Assembly: GCA_017559985.1 (NCBI GenBank)
Contig: JAFYPW010000036.1
Span: forward strand, 23,295 to 87,294
Length of the DNA stretch: 64,000 bases
Direction: 5' to 3'
Source: Oscillospiraceae bacterium
Lineage (GTDB): Bacteria > Bacillota > Clostridia > Oscillospirales > JAAYXM01
The translations under genes and the position numbers were made by a program. Shown here in pieces: positions 27,759 through 38,645 of this stretch (its first letter is position 1; the number at the start of each line of letters is the position of its first letter). A model generated the notes under the pieces. That model ran no database searches and was not told the origin of the DNA. It saw only the letters and a program-made list of their open reading frames with translations.

Positions 27759-28853
27759 ATGCGAAAACGAGGAATGTCGGGTCTTGCCGTTGTGTTTTTC
27801 GGCGCGGCAATAGTGATAAAGCTTTTTTCAGCCGATGGCGGAGTGTCGGGCGACATAAAAAACGCGATCAGGACCGTTGCGCAGGACGAACGGTTTGTGG
27901 GGTACGCAGTGGCAGGGGAAACACAGCTTTTTGAAAATGACTCAAAGGAAGAGCTTATAACCTTTTTTGCGCGTGAAACTGCCATCAGACCGTCGGAAGA
28001 AGAGCCTGTGCGCGAAGCGCTTACCGTCTGGGAATACACACCCGGCGGAGAGAAAAAGGAGAAAATATATCCGATTGAAAATATTACGATAAGCCCGAAA
28101 TCTCCGGAAGGTTATGTGAAATATAATAACATCTGGGTCAAAAACGACAGCACCAAGGGGATTGACCTTAAATGGCTGCTTTCTGCAAAGCTTCCGTTTA
28201 AGCTTATAGGGAAGGGACCCCATGTCCTGATTGTTCATACACACGCAAGCGAAAGCTATTTCCCGCAAGGAAAGGATACATATGCTCTGACGGATGTTGA
28301 AAGGACTGGCGATAAAAATTACAATGTCATCCGTGTGGGTGACGAGCTTGAAAAGACGCTTCTTGATTGCGGCATTTCTGTACTTCACGACCGCAATATC
28401 TATGACAGCCCGTCGTATAACGGGTCATATACGCGGACTCTTGATGCGATAGGTCAGGCGATAAAGAAAAACCCGTCAATCAAGGTTGTGATAGATGTTC
28501 ACCGCGATGCGATGACCACGGACGAGGGAGTAAAATACCGCACAGTTGCAAACATAAACGGAGAGCAGATGGCGCAGATGATGCTTGTTATGTCAACGGG
28601 CGAGAGCGGGCTTCCTCATCCGGACTGGGCGGAGAATTTAAAGCTTGCGGTAAAGCTTCAGAACGCTATGGCAAATAAATACCCAAACCTTATGCGGCCG
28701 ATAAATCTTCGCAAAGAGCGATTTAATATGCATGCAACGAAAGGGTCAATGCTCGTCGAGGTGGGAACGAGCGCAAACGCACTTTCCGAGGCGCTTGCTT
28801 CCGTTCGTCTTCTTGGGTGCGAACTTGCAGAAATACTGAAAACCGCAAAATAA
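27759..28853 (+). CDS. spoIIP: Stage II sporulation protein P
   Basis: 364 aa with an N-terminal TM anchor and 'VLIVHTHASESY', 'YNGSY', 'VIDVHRDA' motifs of SpoIIP amidase/peptidase. Confidence 0.85.
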   Translation: MRKRGMSGLAVVFFGAAIVIKLFSADGGVSGDIKNAIRTVAQDERFVGYAVAGETQLFENDSKEELITFFARETAIRPSEEEPVREALTVWEYTPGGEKKEKIYPIENITISPKSPEGYVKYNNIWVKNDSTKGIDLKWLLSAKLPFKLIGKGPHVLIVHTHASESYFPQGKDTYALTDVERTGDKNYNVIRVGDELEKTLLDCGISVLHDRNIYDSPSYNGSYTRTLDAIGQAIKKNPSIKVVIDVHRDAMTTDEGVKYRTVANINGEQMAQMMLVMSTGESGLPHPDWAENLKLAVKLQNAMANKYPNLMRPINLRKERFNMHATKGSMLVEVGTSANALSEALASVRLLGCELAEILKTAK

Positions 28854-28867
28854 AACGAGACATAAAA

Positions 28868-28898
28868 AGAGTCCTGAACTTATTGAGTTCAGGACTCT
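28868..28898. terminator. Bidirectional terminator between spoIIP (+) and mnmE (-)
   Basis: Inverted repeat AGAGTCCTGAAC / GTTCAGGACTCT, with an A-run upstream and a T-rich stretch downstream. Confidence 0.65.
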
Positions 28899-28902
28899 GA
28901 AT

Positions 28903-30249
28903 TTACTTTCCAACGCAGAAGCGGCTGAAAATTTCAGATATTATAACATCCTGTGCGCAATTACCGGTTATCTCTCCGAGAATGTTTATCGCGTTTTCGA
29001 TGTCGGTTACGCAAAGGTCCGGATATGTGCCGTTTTTAAAACCCTCTGCCGCTGAAACTATCGCATCGTGTGCCCTCATGAGAGTTGACGCATGGCGCGG
29101 GTTTGTTACGGTTCTTCCGTCGCACGGAATATCAGAAGCGCCCACGGTTTTGCATATAAGCGCGAGAAGCTCGTCCGTGCCCTTGTTTTCCTTGGCTGAG
29201 AGAACAACGGTGGGCAGTGGAGAAAAGTTGTCAGCAGAGAGAACACAGCCGAGGTCGTTTTTGTTGATTACGCATATGGAACGCTTTTTTTCTGCGATTG
29301 AGAGAATCTCTCTGTCGTAGCTATCAAGTGGCACGGAACCGTCAAAAACGGCTATAACAAGGTCTGACGAATCTATCGCGCGGCGGCTTCGTTCTATTCC
29401 GAGACGCTCCGGCTCGCCTTCCGCCTCGCGAAGTCCTGCCGTGTCGATAAGGTGAAGTGTCAGCGAATTTATAGAAAAGGACTCCTCAACCGTATCTCGT
29501 GTTGTGCCTTCGATATCGGTAACAATACTTCTGTCAGTGCCGAGGATGGCGTTTAACAGTGATGATTTACCAACGTTCGGTCGGCCTACGAGAGCAACCT
29601 TGACGCCGTCGCGGAGAAGCTTTCCGCGCTCGTATGTTCCCGAGAGCCCCTTTGCCTTTTGTGCACAGAGCGCAAGACTTTTACAAAGCTCATCGCGTTC
29701 GGTCTCGGGAATATCGTCATCGGGATAGTCTACATAAGCATAGAACTCGGCGGCGATGGCAGTCAGTGAATCTGAAATCGAAGATATCTCGCGTCCCATC
29801 GCACCGTTCATCTGCTCTGCTGCATTTTTTGCGGCAAGCTCGCAATCGGAATCTATAAGGTCGATAATCGCCTCTGCCTGGGTAAGGTCAATTTTTCCGT
29901 TTAAAAAGGCACGCTCTGAAAACTCGCCCGGCTTTGCGGGGTGTGCGCCCGCCTTGAAAAGAGAGGAGAGCACGGCGGAGAGCACAGCGGTAGAGCCGTG
30001 ACAGAAAAACTCAACGGAATCTTCCCCGGTAAAGCTTTTCGGACCTTTGAAATATACCGCCATCCCAAAATCGAGGGTATCCCCCGTTTGTGAGAGAAAT
30101 TTCCCCGTGACCATTTCGCGCGGGCTTTGTGAAAGCCTTCCGCAAAAGACACGCTCTGCAACAGAAAGCGCATCGTCACCGGATATCCTTATTATTCCAA
30201 GCGCACTTTTCATCGGCGCCGTTGAAATTGCAGCGATAGTCTGAGCCAT
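28903..30249 (-). CDS. mnmE: tRNA modification GTPase MnmE
   Basis: Start set at the ATG at 30249 ('MAQTIAAIST'), 6 nt after GAGGTG. G-domain 'GRPNVGKSSLLN', 'DTAGLR', 'NKND', and the C-terminal 'CVGK' motif. Confidence 0.95.
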   Translation of the reverse strand: MAQTIAAISTAPMKSALGIIRISGDDALSVAERVFCGRLSQSPREMVTGKFLSQTGDTLDFGMAVYFKGPKSFTGEDSVEFFCHGSTAVLSAVLSSLFKAGAHPAKPGEFSERAFLNGKIDLTQAEAIIDLIDSDCELAAKNAAEQMNGAMGREISSISDSLTAIAAEFYAYVDYPDDDIPETERDELCKSLALCAQKAKGLSGTYERGKLLRDGVKVALVGRPNVGKSSLLNAILGTDRSIVTDIEGTTRDTVEESFSINSLTLHLIDTAGLREAEGEPERLGIERSRRAIDSSDLVIAVFDGSVPLDSYDREILSIAEKKRSICVINKNDLGCVLSADNFSPLPTVVLSAKENKGTDELLALICKTVGASDIPCDGRTVTNPRHASTLMRAHDAIVSAAEGFKNGTYPDLCVTDIENAINILGEITGNCAQDVIISEIFSRFCVGK

Positions 30250-30291
30250 TTTTAACACCTCTTAAAGGTATTGTATCATAAGTTTCTGAAA

Positions 30292-30332
30292 ATTTAAAGA
30301 AAAACAGGCGGTCAATCAAAAGATTAACCGCC
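30292..30332 (-). terminator. Probable terminator after the small lipoprotein gene
   Basis: GGCGGT (30307-30312) / ACCGCC (30327-30332) stem, followed on the minus strand by TGTTTTTCTTT. Confidence 0.45.
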
Positions 30333-30338
30333 CCGTAA

Positions 30339-30668
30339 TTATTTTTTTATAAACGTTTTCTCGATTTCTTTAAGCTTTTCGTCTATTTTGTCAAGTGCTG
30401 AGGAAAATTTCTGAAGTTCCTCTTCGCTTAACGAGTCGCGGTCACGCGAGACGCGTGACGCAATTTCAGTAAGCTCAATGCCCATGCTTACAAAATTACT
30501 CATATCGGTTGAATTCTGCTCAAAGGAGACAGAGGACGAAAGAGAAGAGTAAAAGTTTGCAATCTCCGAGTATTTATCAAGAAGCTTTTCACTTGCTGTT
30601 TTTCCGCAAGCGGAAAAGAGCGTGAGGGAAAGTGCGACGAGAAGCACAAGTGCAATAATCCTTTTCAT
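30339..30668 (-). CDS. Small lipoprotein of unknown function
   Basis: 109 aa with signal peptide plus lipobox 'LTLFSAC'. The rest is helical and acidic, with no family recognised. Confidence 0.6.
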   Translation of the reverse strand: MKRIIALVLLVALSLTLFSACGKTASEKLLDKYSEIANFYSSLSSSVSFEQNSTDMSNFVSMGIELTEIASRVSRDRDSLSEEELQKFSSALDKIDEKLKEIEKTFIKK

Positions 30669-30683
30669 TTTATAATACCTCGC

Positions 30684-31154
30684 TTATTCGATTGTAACCT
30701 TTTTCATAATAACAGGCTTTAAGGGTTTGTCGGAAAAGTCTGTATCAGAGGCCGCGATTTCGTCAACAACTTCAATGCCCTCAATGACGTGTCCGAATGC
30801 GGCGTAATTGCCGTCGAGGTGCGGGGAATCCTTATGCATAATGAAGAACTGGCTTCCTGCGGAGTTGGGCATCATTGAACGCGCCATGGAAATAACGCCG
30901 CGCGTGTGCTTTATCGGGTTGTCAATTCCGTTTGCACGGAATTCGCCCTTGATTGTGTGGCCCGGGCCGCCTGTACCTGTGCCGAGAGGGCAACCGCCCT
31001 GAATCATAAAGCCGGAAATAACGCGGTGGAAGGTAAGACCGTCGTAGAAACCTTCGCCCACAAGCTTTTCAAAATTCTCACAGGTTATGGGTGCTGCGTT
31101 TTTATCAAGCTCAATCTTAATCTTTTTGCCGTTTTCCATTTCAATAACTATCAT
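30684..31154 (-). CDS. ppiB: Peptidyl-prolyl cis-trans isomerase, cyclophilin type
   Basis: 156 aa with 'FHRVISGFMIQGGCP', 'GxxSMA' and 'SQFFI' cyclophilin motifs. Confidence 0.93.
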   Translation of the reverse strand: MIVIEMENGKKIKIELDKNAAPITCENFEKLVGEGFYDGLTFHRVISGFMIQGGCPLGTGTGGPGHTIKGEFRANGIDNPIKHTRGVISMARSMMPNSAGSQFFIMHKDSPHLDGNYAAFGHVIEGIEVVDEIAASDTDFSDKPLKPVIMKKVTIE

Positions 31155-31187
31155 ATAATAATCCTCCGTGGTTTTTTGTCATAGATT

Positions 31188-31215
31188 ATTATACATCTTT
31201 TTTTGAAAATGTCAA
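31188..31215 (-). promoter_or_regulatory. Sigma-A-like promoter for ppiB (minus strand)
   Basis: On the minus strand: TTGACA (31215-31210), 16-nt spacer, TATAAT (31193-31188). Confidence 0.45.
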
Positions 31216-31670
31216 TTTGCAAGGCAGATATAAAGGTTTAAATATCCCGCAAAAAGAAGCCAGATCAGATAAGGGCTCTGAAGAAGTCCCGCGAGCTTAT
31301 CAATTCTCCAAAATTTTAGTGTCATAAGCGCGACTATTGCGATAAGAAGGACGAGCCACACAAAGGCAAAGCAGAATGCGCGCATATTAAAGAAAATTAT
31401 GCTCCAGAAAAAGTTTACGAACAGATTTATTCCGAAAACGCGGATAGCATCGGAATCCGGCTCACGAAGATAAACTCTTGCAGCACCGACACCCATAAGA
31501 ATGAAGAGGATGGTCCAGACTGTCGGAAAAACAATTGCAGGGGGAGAAAGCGGCGGCTTGTTGATGACCTCAAAGACATCCATGCTGTTTTGTGTAAGAA
31601 GAGCGGATAGTCCTCCGACGGCGAGAGAAATAAGGATAAAAGTGATGTAGGTTCTTGTTTTTTTACTCAT
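31212..31670 (-). CDS. tspO: TspO/MBR family tryptophan-rich sensory protein
   Basis: 152 aa with five TM segments. 'KPPLSPPAIVFPTVWTILF' and a W-rich C-terminal half are typical of TspO. Confidence 0.85.
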   Translation of the reverse strand: MSKKTRTYITFILISLAVGGLSALLTQNSMDVFEVINKPPLSPPAIVFPTVWTILFILMGVGAARVYLREPDSDAIRVFGINLFVNFFWSIIFFNMRAFCFAFVWLVLLIAIVALMTLKFWRIDKLAGLLQSPYLIWLLFAGYLNLYICLAN

Positions 31671-31716
31671 AATATCAGCCTCCGAAATAAGTTTACGCGC
31701 AGAATGTGAAAATATT

Positions 31717-31761
31717 CCAAAGAAAAAGACGCCGTATGCCTTTCAGGCATTCAGCGTCTTT
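31717..31761 (-). terminator. Terminator after the RimK-like pair (overlaps the last codons of the CDS)
   Basis: Outer stem AAAGACGC (31725-31732) / GCGTCTTT (31754-31761) with inner ATGCC/GGCAT pairing, followed on the minus strand by TTTTCTTTGG. Confidence 0.55.
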
Positions 31762-32549
31762 ATAATATAATCGAGATACAGCGAAAGTATGTCGATGTCG
31801 TGCGTTTTATACAGCATACGCGCACCCACGACGTCTTCGATTTCATTTATGACGGGTTTTCCCTCGTGATACATAATATCAATTCCGCAAAGACCAAAAT
31901 CAAAAAGAGTGCAGACTTTGTGTATGAGAGCGGTTTCTTCGTCTGTCAGTACGGCTTTTGCTACCGTGCCACCGAGCGAAAAATTGCTGCGGAAATCGTC
32001 CTTTGCGGTTCGGAGAACGGCCGCGACGGGTTCGTTTGCGATAACGTAAACACGCATATCGCGTCCTGCTTCCGTTGCGAGGGGCTGAATGACATATTCG
32101 TCCGGCAAAATAGCCTCTCGCGCTTTTTTGTAATCCTCATCGTTTTCGATGAGGCGGACGTTCTTTCCGCCGTGACCCGAGCAAGGTTTTATGACTTTCG
32201 GATACTCTGTAATTTCCGGAGGCACATCCGTCGCCTTTGCTGAAATCCAGGGAATTACCGGTATGCCGTTTTTGTGGAGATATTCATAAGTTCTTGCTTT
32301 GTTGTTGCATATTGAAGAAACATGGAAGTTGTTGAATGTGCGGATGTTTCTGTCTTCTAAAAGCTTTGTTATGTCCGGGCGCATTGCACGAACTATTGCA
32401 AAATCGGGGTTCTCCGCGGGCAAGGGCTCTTCGTCGCATATGATAAGCGAAAAGTCAATCCCGCGCTCGCGCCCGTAGCGCATATGCATAGCTATAAAGT
32501 CATTATTGCGCTCTTTTCCTTCTCTCTCGTAAATAAGCCAAGCCTTCAA
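31743..32549 (-). CDS. RimK-family ATP-grasp ligase (paralog 2)
   Basis: 268 aa with a TTG start 7 nt after AGGTGA. ATP-grasp core 'YPKVIKPCSGHGGKNV', 'YVIQP', 'DFRSNFSLGGT' and 'GIDIMY..GKPVINEIE'. Confidence 0.8.
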   Translation of the reverse strand: MKAWLIYEREGKERNNDFIAMHMRYGRERGIDFSLIICDEEPLPAENPDFAIVRAMRPDITKLLEDRNIRTFNNFHVSSICNNKARTYEYLHKNGIPVIPWISAKATDVPPEITEYPKVIKPCSGHGGKNVRLIENDEDYKKAREAILPDEYVIQPLATEAGRDMRVYVIANEPVAAVLRTAKDDFRSNFSLGGTVAKAVLTDEETALIHKVCTLFDFGLCGIDIMYHEGKPVINEIEDVVGARMLYKTHDIDILSLYLDYIIKTLNA

Positions 32550-32556
32550 GATAAAA

Positions 32557-33420
32557 TCACCTGCATTTGTCGGTTATATGCTGTGCTATGAGATCTGCAA
32601 GGTCAACGCCTGTGCAGTCGTATGTGCTTTTAAAATGTGCATTTGAGTTAACCTCGCATATGAGCGGGCCGTCTTCACCAAAGAGAATGTCAATACCTGC
32701 AAAATCAAGCCTGAGTCGCTCCGTTGCCGCAAGTGCAAGTTCACATTCTGCATCAGTGGGGGAATACGGCAGAGTGCTTCCGCCGAGGGTAACATTGCTT
32801 CGGAAATCTCCGCATTTACTCTCACGGAGCATCGCGGCGCAAACCTTACCGCCGACTACATTTATGCGGATGTCGCGCCCGAAGCTCGTTTTTACAAGCT
32901 CCTGAAAAAGAAGCGGTGAGCGCTCGTGCTGCTTTATTATGTCGCGAAGCTCCGCCATATCGTGTGCAAGATATACCTGCGCACCGAAAGAGCCGAAAGA
33001 TTCCTTCACGACAAGCGGGAAGCCAAGGAGAGAAGTTACTTTGTCAAGGAAAGAAAGGTCTGAAAAGCCGATGTTCGGAAAGGTTTTCGGAGCAATGACG
33101 GTTTTTGGCATCGGAAGCCCTTTCAGTGCAAGGTGCATCTTCGCCTTGTCATCGCATTTTTCAATAGCATCTGCGCTGTTGAAAACGGGAACACCGGTTT
33201 CTTCTATCGCCCGAGCAAGGAGGATATCCTTATCCCAGAAAAGAACGAAACCGGGCTTTTCGGGAAACGGGATTTCCTCACTGACGGGATGCGCAAGGGA
33301 AGCATTTGTGCAGAGTAGGAGCCTTGCGCCGTGGGCATCAAATCCTTTTGAAAGGCGGGAGTAAATATCGGAAAATTTTCCGTTTTTTAAAAATTCGTTG
33401 ACAACAAGTATACCTGTCAT
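32557..33420 (-). CDS. RimK-family ATP-grasp ligase (paralog 1)
   Basis: 287 aa with 'FPLVVKESFGSFGAQV', 'FQELV', 'DFRSNVTLGGS' and 'GIDILFGEDGPLICEVNSN'. Its ATG lies 3 nt after the permease stop. Confidence 0.8.
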   Translation of the reverse strand: MTGILVVNEFLKNGKFSDIYSRLSKGFDAHGARLLLCTNASLAHPVSEEIPFPEKPGFVLFWDKDILLARAIEETGVPVFNSADAIEKCDDKAKMHLALKGLPMPKTVIAPKTFPNIGFSDLSFLDKVTSLLGFPLVVKESFGSFGAQVYLAHDMAELRDIIKQHERSPLLFQELVKTSFGRDIRINVVGGKVCAAMLRESKCGDFRSNVTLGGSTLPYSPTDAECELALAATERLRLDFAGIDILFGEDGPLICEVNSNAHFKSTYDCTGVDLADLIAQHITDKCR

Positions 33421-33423
33421 GGT

Positions 33424-34695
33424 CTAGCACCACAACGCCCAGACGAGGATATAACCTGCAAGAACTGCACAGAGTGTGAAAGGAATACCGATTCTGAAAA
33501 AGTCGCGGTTTTTGACTTCATATCCCGCATTTCGCAAAATGCCGATACCTGTAATGTTTGCAGATGCGCCGATGGGAGTGAGGTTTCCGCCGAGTGTTGC
33601 GCCGACAAGAAGTCCGAAAGCCAGAAGGTGAGGCTCGCAGCCTATCTGAGGTGCGATGCTTGCAACAACGGGGAGCATTGCCGCAACGTAGGGTATATTA
33701 TCAATAAACGCGGAGAGAAGAACCGATGCCCATACTATAAGAGTGTATATTACAAACGGATTGCCACCGCCTATTTTTACAAAGAATTCGCTGATTGCCT
33801 TTATAACACCAAGCTCTTCGATACCTGCGATGACAACGAAAAGACCTGCGAGGAGACCGAGTGTATAAAAGTCAATTTCTTTGAAAACTTCTTTGAAAAT
33901 CCCACGGTTCTTTTTGAGAATGAGCTCGCGGAAAATGCCTATAAACATAAGTGCTACGCAGATATATCCGTTTGTTTCCGCGGGTTTGAGCTCTGCCGGG
34001 ATAAACGATGCGATGATGAGAAGAACGATTGTGCCGACGAGAAGAACCGTAGGGAAGAAATCCTTCACCTCTGTCTTTGTGGAAACGGAAATCGGTGCGG
34101 TTTCCTTCCTGAAAAGGAAGAGGAGGATGCAGGCGGAGGCAAGTGCGCCTACCTGGACAACCCAGAAAAGACCGGGACGGCCTGCATACCAGAAGAAGTC
34201 TAAAAAGTTCATTTCAAGCTCGCCTGCAAGCATAATCGAGGTTGTGTCACCCACGAGCGTTGCCGCGCCCTGGAGGTTTGAGGAAACAGCGATTGAAATG
34301 ATAATCGGAACAGGGGATATTTTGAGCTTCTTTGCAATGTCGAGTGCAACGGGGGCAATCATAAGAACGGTTGCCACATTATCGACAAAAGCAGAAACTA
34401 TACCTGTAAAAAGAGCAAGACAAACGATAGCCCATTTTACATTCGGAACCTTTTCGATGATGAAATCGGAAAGTCTGTCGGGCATTTTGGACTGGATGAA
34501 AAGATAAACCGTGCCCATCGTGCCGGCAATCATCATAAGAACGTTCCAGTCGATGGCATAGAAGACCTCGGGAAGACTGAATTTTGCGATGATTGCAAAA
34601 ACAACAGCTGCGGCTATCGCTATGTACGGACGGAACTTCTGGAATGAAAGCAGAAGAACATAGGTGATTGCAAAAATTATAAGTGCGGGAAGCAT
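33424..34695 (-). CDS. ArsB/NhaD-superfamily (CitMHS/SLC13-like) anion permease
   Basis: 423 aa, polytopic with two-fold internal organisation. 'TLVGDTTSIMLA' and 'ATLGGNLTPIGASANI' hairpin-type motifs are typical of this superfamily. Confidence 0.78.
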   Translation of the reverse strand: MLPALIIFAITYVLLLSFQKFRPYIAIAAAVVFAIIAKFSLPEVFYAIDWNVLMMIAGTMGTVYLFIQSKMPDRLSDFIIEKVPNVKWAIVCLALFTGIVSAFVDNVATVLMIAPVALDIAKKLKISPVPIIISIAVSSNLQGAATLVGDTTSIMLAGELEMNFLDFFWYAGRPGLFWVVQVGALASACILLFLFRKETAPISVSTKTEVKDFFPTVLLVGTIVLLIIASFIPAELKPAETNGYICVALMFIGIFRELILKKNRGIFKEVFKEIDFYTLGLLAGLFVVIAGIEELGVIKAISEFFVKIGGGNPFVIYTLIVWASVLLSAFIDNIPYVAAMLPVVASIAPQIGCEPHLLAFGLLVGATLGGNLTPIGASANITGIGILRNAGYEVKNRDFFRIGIPFTLCAVLAGYILVWALWC

Positions 34696-34721
34696 AGTGA
34701 AACAACTCCTTAAAAAATTAA

Positions 34722-35123
34722 TTACTTATCTATTATTATTTGAAAAAGCGCATTTAAGCGGTCATATCTTCCGAGAAGAAAAAGGTAACCCCAGAGCGCT
34801 TCGAATGCGGTCGCTGTGTGGTATGTTGCAGGGTCGGAATGCTTGGGGATTGTGTTGACTTTTGCATTTCTCCCGCGGAGAAAAACTGCGTTTTCTTCAT
34901 CCGTGAGATGTGAAAGAATTTTTTCTGCGGCTTCCTTCTGTGCTTTTGCGGAAACGGACATGACCGTGCTTTTGTGAAGCTCGCCCGCCTTTCTTATTCC
35001 GCGTTTGCAGAGGTTGCTGCGCACCATCAGCTCAAACGCGGCATCGCCTATATGTGCGAGAGCGGTGGCACTCATTTCAAAAATTTCCTCTTTTGAAAGG
35101 GTTGAATGTAAAAAGTCCTGCAT
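34722..35123 (-). CDS. mrnC: Mini-ribonuclease 3
   Basis: Start set at 'MQDFL' (35123). The RNase III signature-like 'ALAHIGDAAFELMVR' and small size with no dsRBD are typical of Mini-III. Confidence 0.82.
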   Translation of the reverse strand: MQDFLHSTLSKEEIFEMSATALAHIGDAAFELMVRSNLCKRGIRKAGELHKSTVMSVSAKAQKEAAEKILSHLTDEENAVFLRGRNAKVNTIPKHSDPATYHTATAFEALWGYLFLLGRYDRLNALFQIIIDK

Positions 35124-35227
35124 ACTGTCTCCTCTATAAAAAATATACATAACAATTCTATGTCAGAATAATAAAAAAGTCAATCCATATAATAGGAGAA
35201 AGACAAAAAAGATTTAACCGGAAAAAG

Positions 35228-35256
35228 TTGAAATTTAAGGTAAAATATGCTATACT
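35228..35256 (+). promoter_or_regulatory. Sigma-A-like promoter for the V-type ATPase operon
   Basis: TTGAAA (35228-35233), 17-nt spacer, TGcTATACT (35248-35256). Confidence 0.5.
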
Positions 35257-35292
35257 AGCAAAGATACTGAAAATTACCAAGGCGGTGATGAA

Positions 35293-35606
35293 ATGGCAAA
35301 ATTTGCCGTCAATGAAATTATATTTTGTGAGGGTAAAGCGGCAGAGGTGATTGCGAAAGCTGAGGCTTTGGCAAAGGAGATTGTCTCTGATGCTGAAAAG
35401 ACGGGCCGTGCTCTCGTTCTTGAAACGGAAGCGGCAATGCACAAAAAAGCACGCGAACTTCTCGACACGGCAGAAGGTGAGAATGAAGCAGTTCTTTCAG
35501 AAAACCTTTCAAAACAGGCTGATGATGCTGAAAAGCTTGCTACTCTTGCCGGAGGAAGAATGGAAGAGGCTGCAACACTCATTGCGGAAAGGGTCGTGAA
35601 AGGATA

Positions 35607-35607
<1 letters not shown>
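35293..35607 (+). CDS. V-type ATPase small peripheral-stalk subunit (G/H-like)
   Basis: 104 aa, all-helical and Ala/Glu/Lys-rich. It is the first gene of the ntp operon, and its stop overlaps the subunit I start. Confidence 0.6.
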
Positions 35608-38007
<2,400 letters not shown>

Positions 38008-38021
38008 GGCGGTTTTGCAAT

Positions 38022-38600
38022 ATGAACGGTATTGAAAACATTAAAAAGCGCATCACGGAGGATGCAGAGAGCAAAGCTTCAGTGATTTTGGAAGAGGCAA
38101 AGCAGAAGGCAGCGGAGATTTCGGCAGGATATAAAGAAAAGTGCGATAAAATCATATCCGACGAAACTGCACGTGCCGAAAAAGCGGTGCAGGAGAGGCG
38201 TGACCGGCTTGCGGGAAGCGCTGCGCTTGAATCCAAAAAAGCTCTTCTTGCAAAAAAACAGGAGCTTATTTCAGAAGCTTTTTCACTTGCAGAGAAAAAG
38301 CTTTCAGCGCTCTCGGGAGATGAGCTTGCCTCTGTTCTTGCATCTCTCGCACTCTCTGCGGCAGACGGAAAGCCGGGAGAAATTATTCTCTCAAAATCCG
38401 TGCGTGAAGAGCTTTCCGACAAGATATCCGAAAAGGTTTCGGAAAACAAGGGCTTGAAGATTTCTGACGAAGTGCGCGAAATTTCCGGCGGCCTTATACT
38501 GAAATCAGGCACAACCGAGGTAAATTGCACGTTTGAAGCGCTCGTCGCCGAAAAACGCGATGAAATGAGCCGTGAAATCGCGGATATACTCTTTTCGTAA
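38022..38600 (+). CDS. ntpE: V-type ATPase subunit E
   Basis: 192 aa with a long N-terminal helix ('IILEEAKQKAAEI') and a globular C-terminus, at the expected operon position. Confidence 0.85.
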   Translation: MNGIENIKKRITEDAESKASVILEEAKQKAAEISAGYKEKCDKIISDETARAEKAVQERRDRLAGSAALESKKALLAKKQELISEAFSLAEKKLSALSGDELASVLASLALSAADGKPGEIILSKSVREELSDKISEKVSENKGLKISDEVREISGGLILKSGTTEVNCTFEALVAEKRDEMSREIADILFS

Positions 38601-38645
38601 AAAGCTATTTTGCCGCGCTGTGCGGTAAGCGGAGGTCTTTTGTTG

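Noticed and set aside
34696-35150. Whether mrnC belongs to the permease/RimK operon
   Set aside because: There is only a 26-nt gap and no terminator, so co-transcription is possible. Mini-RNase III has an unrelated housekeeping role (23S rRNA maturation), so I treat the adjacency as incidental and did not include it in the candidate system.
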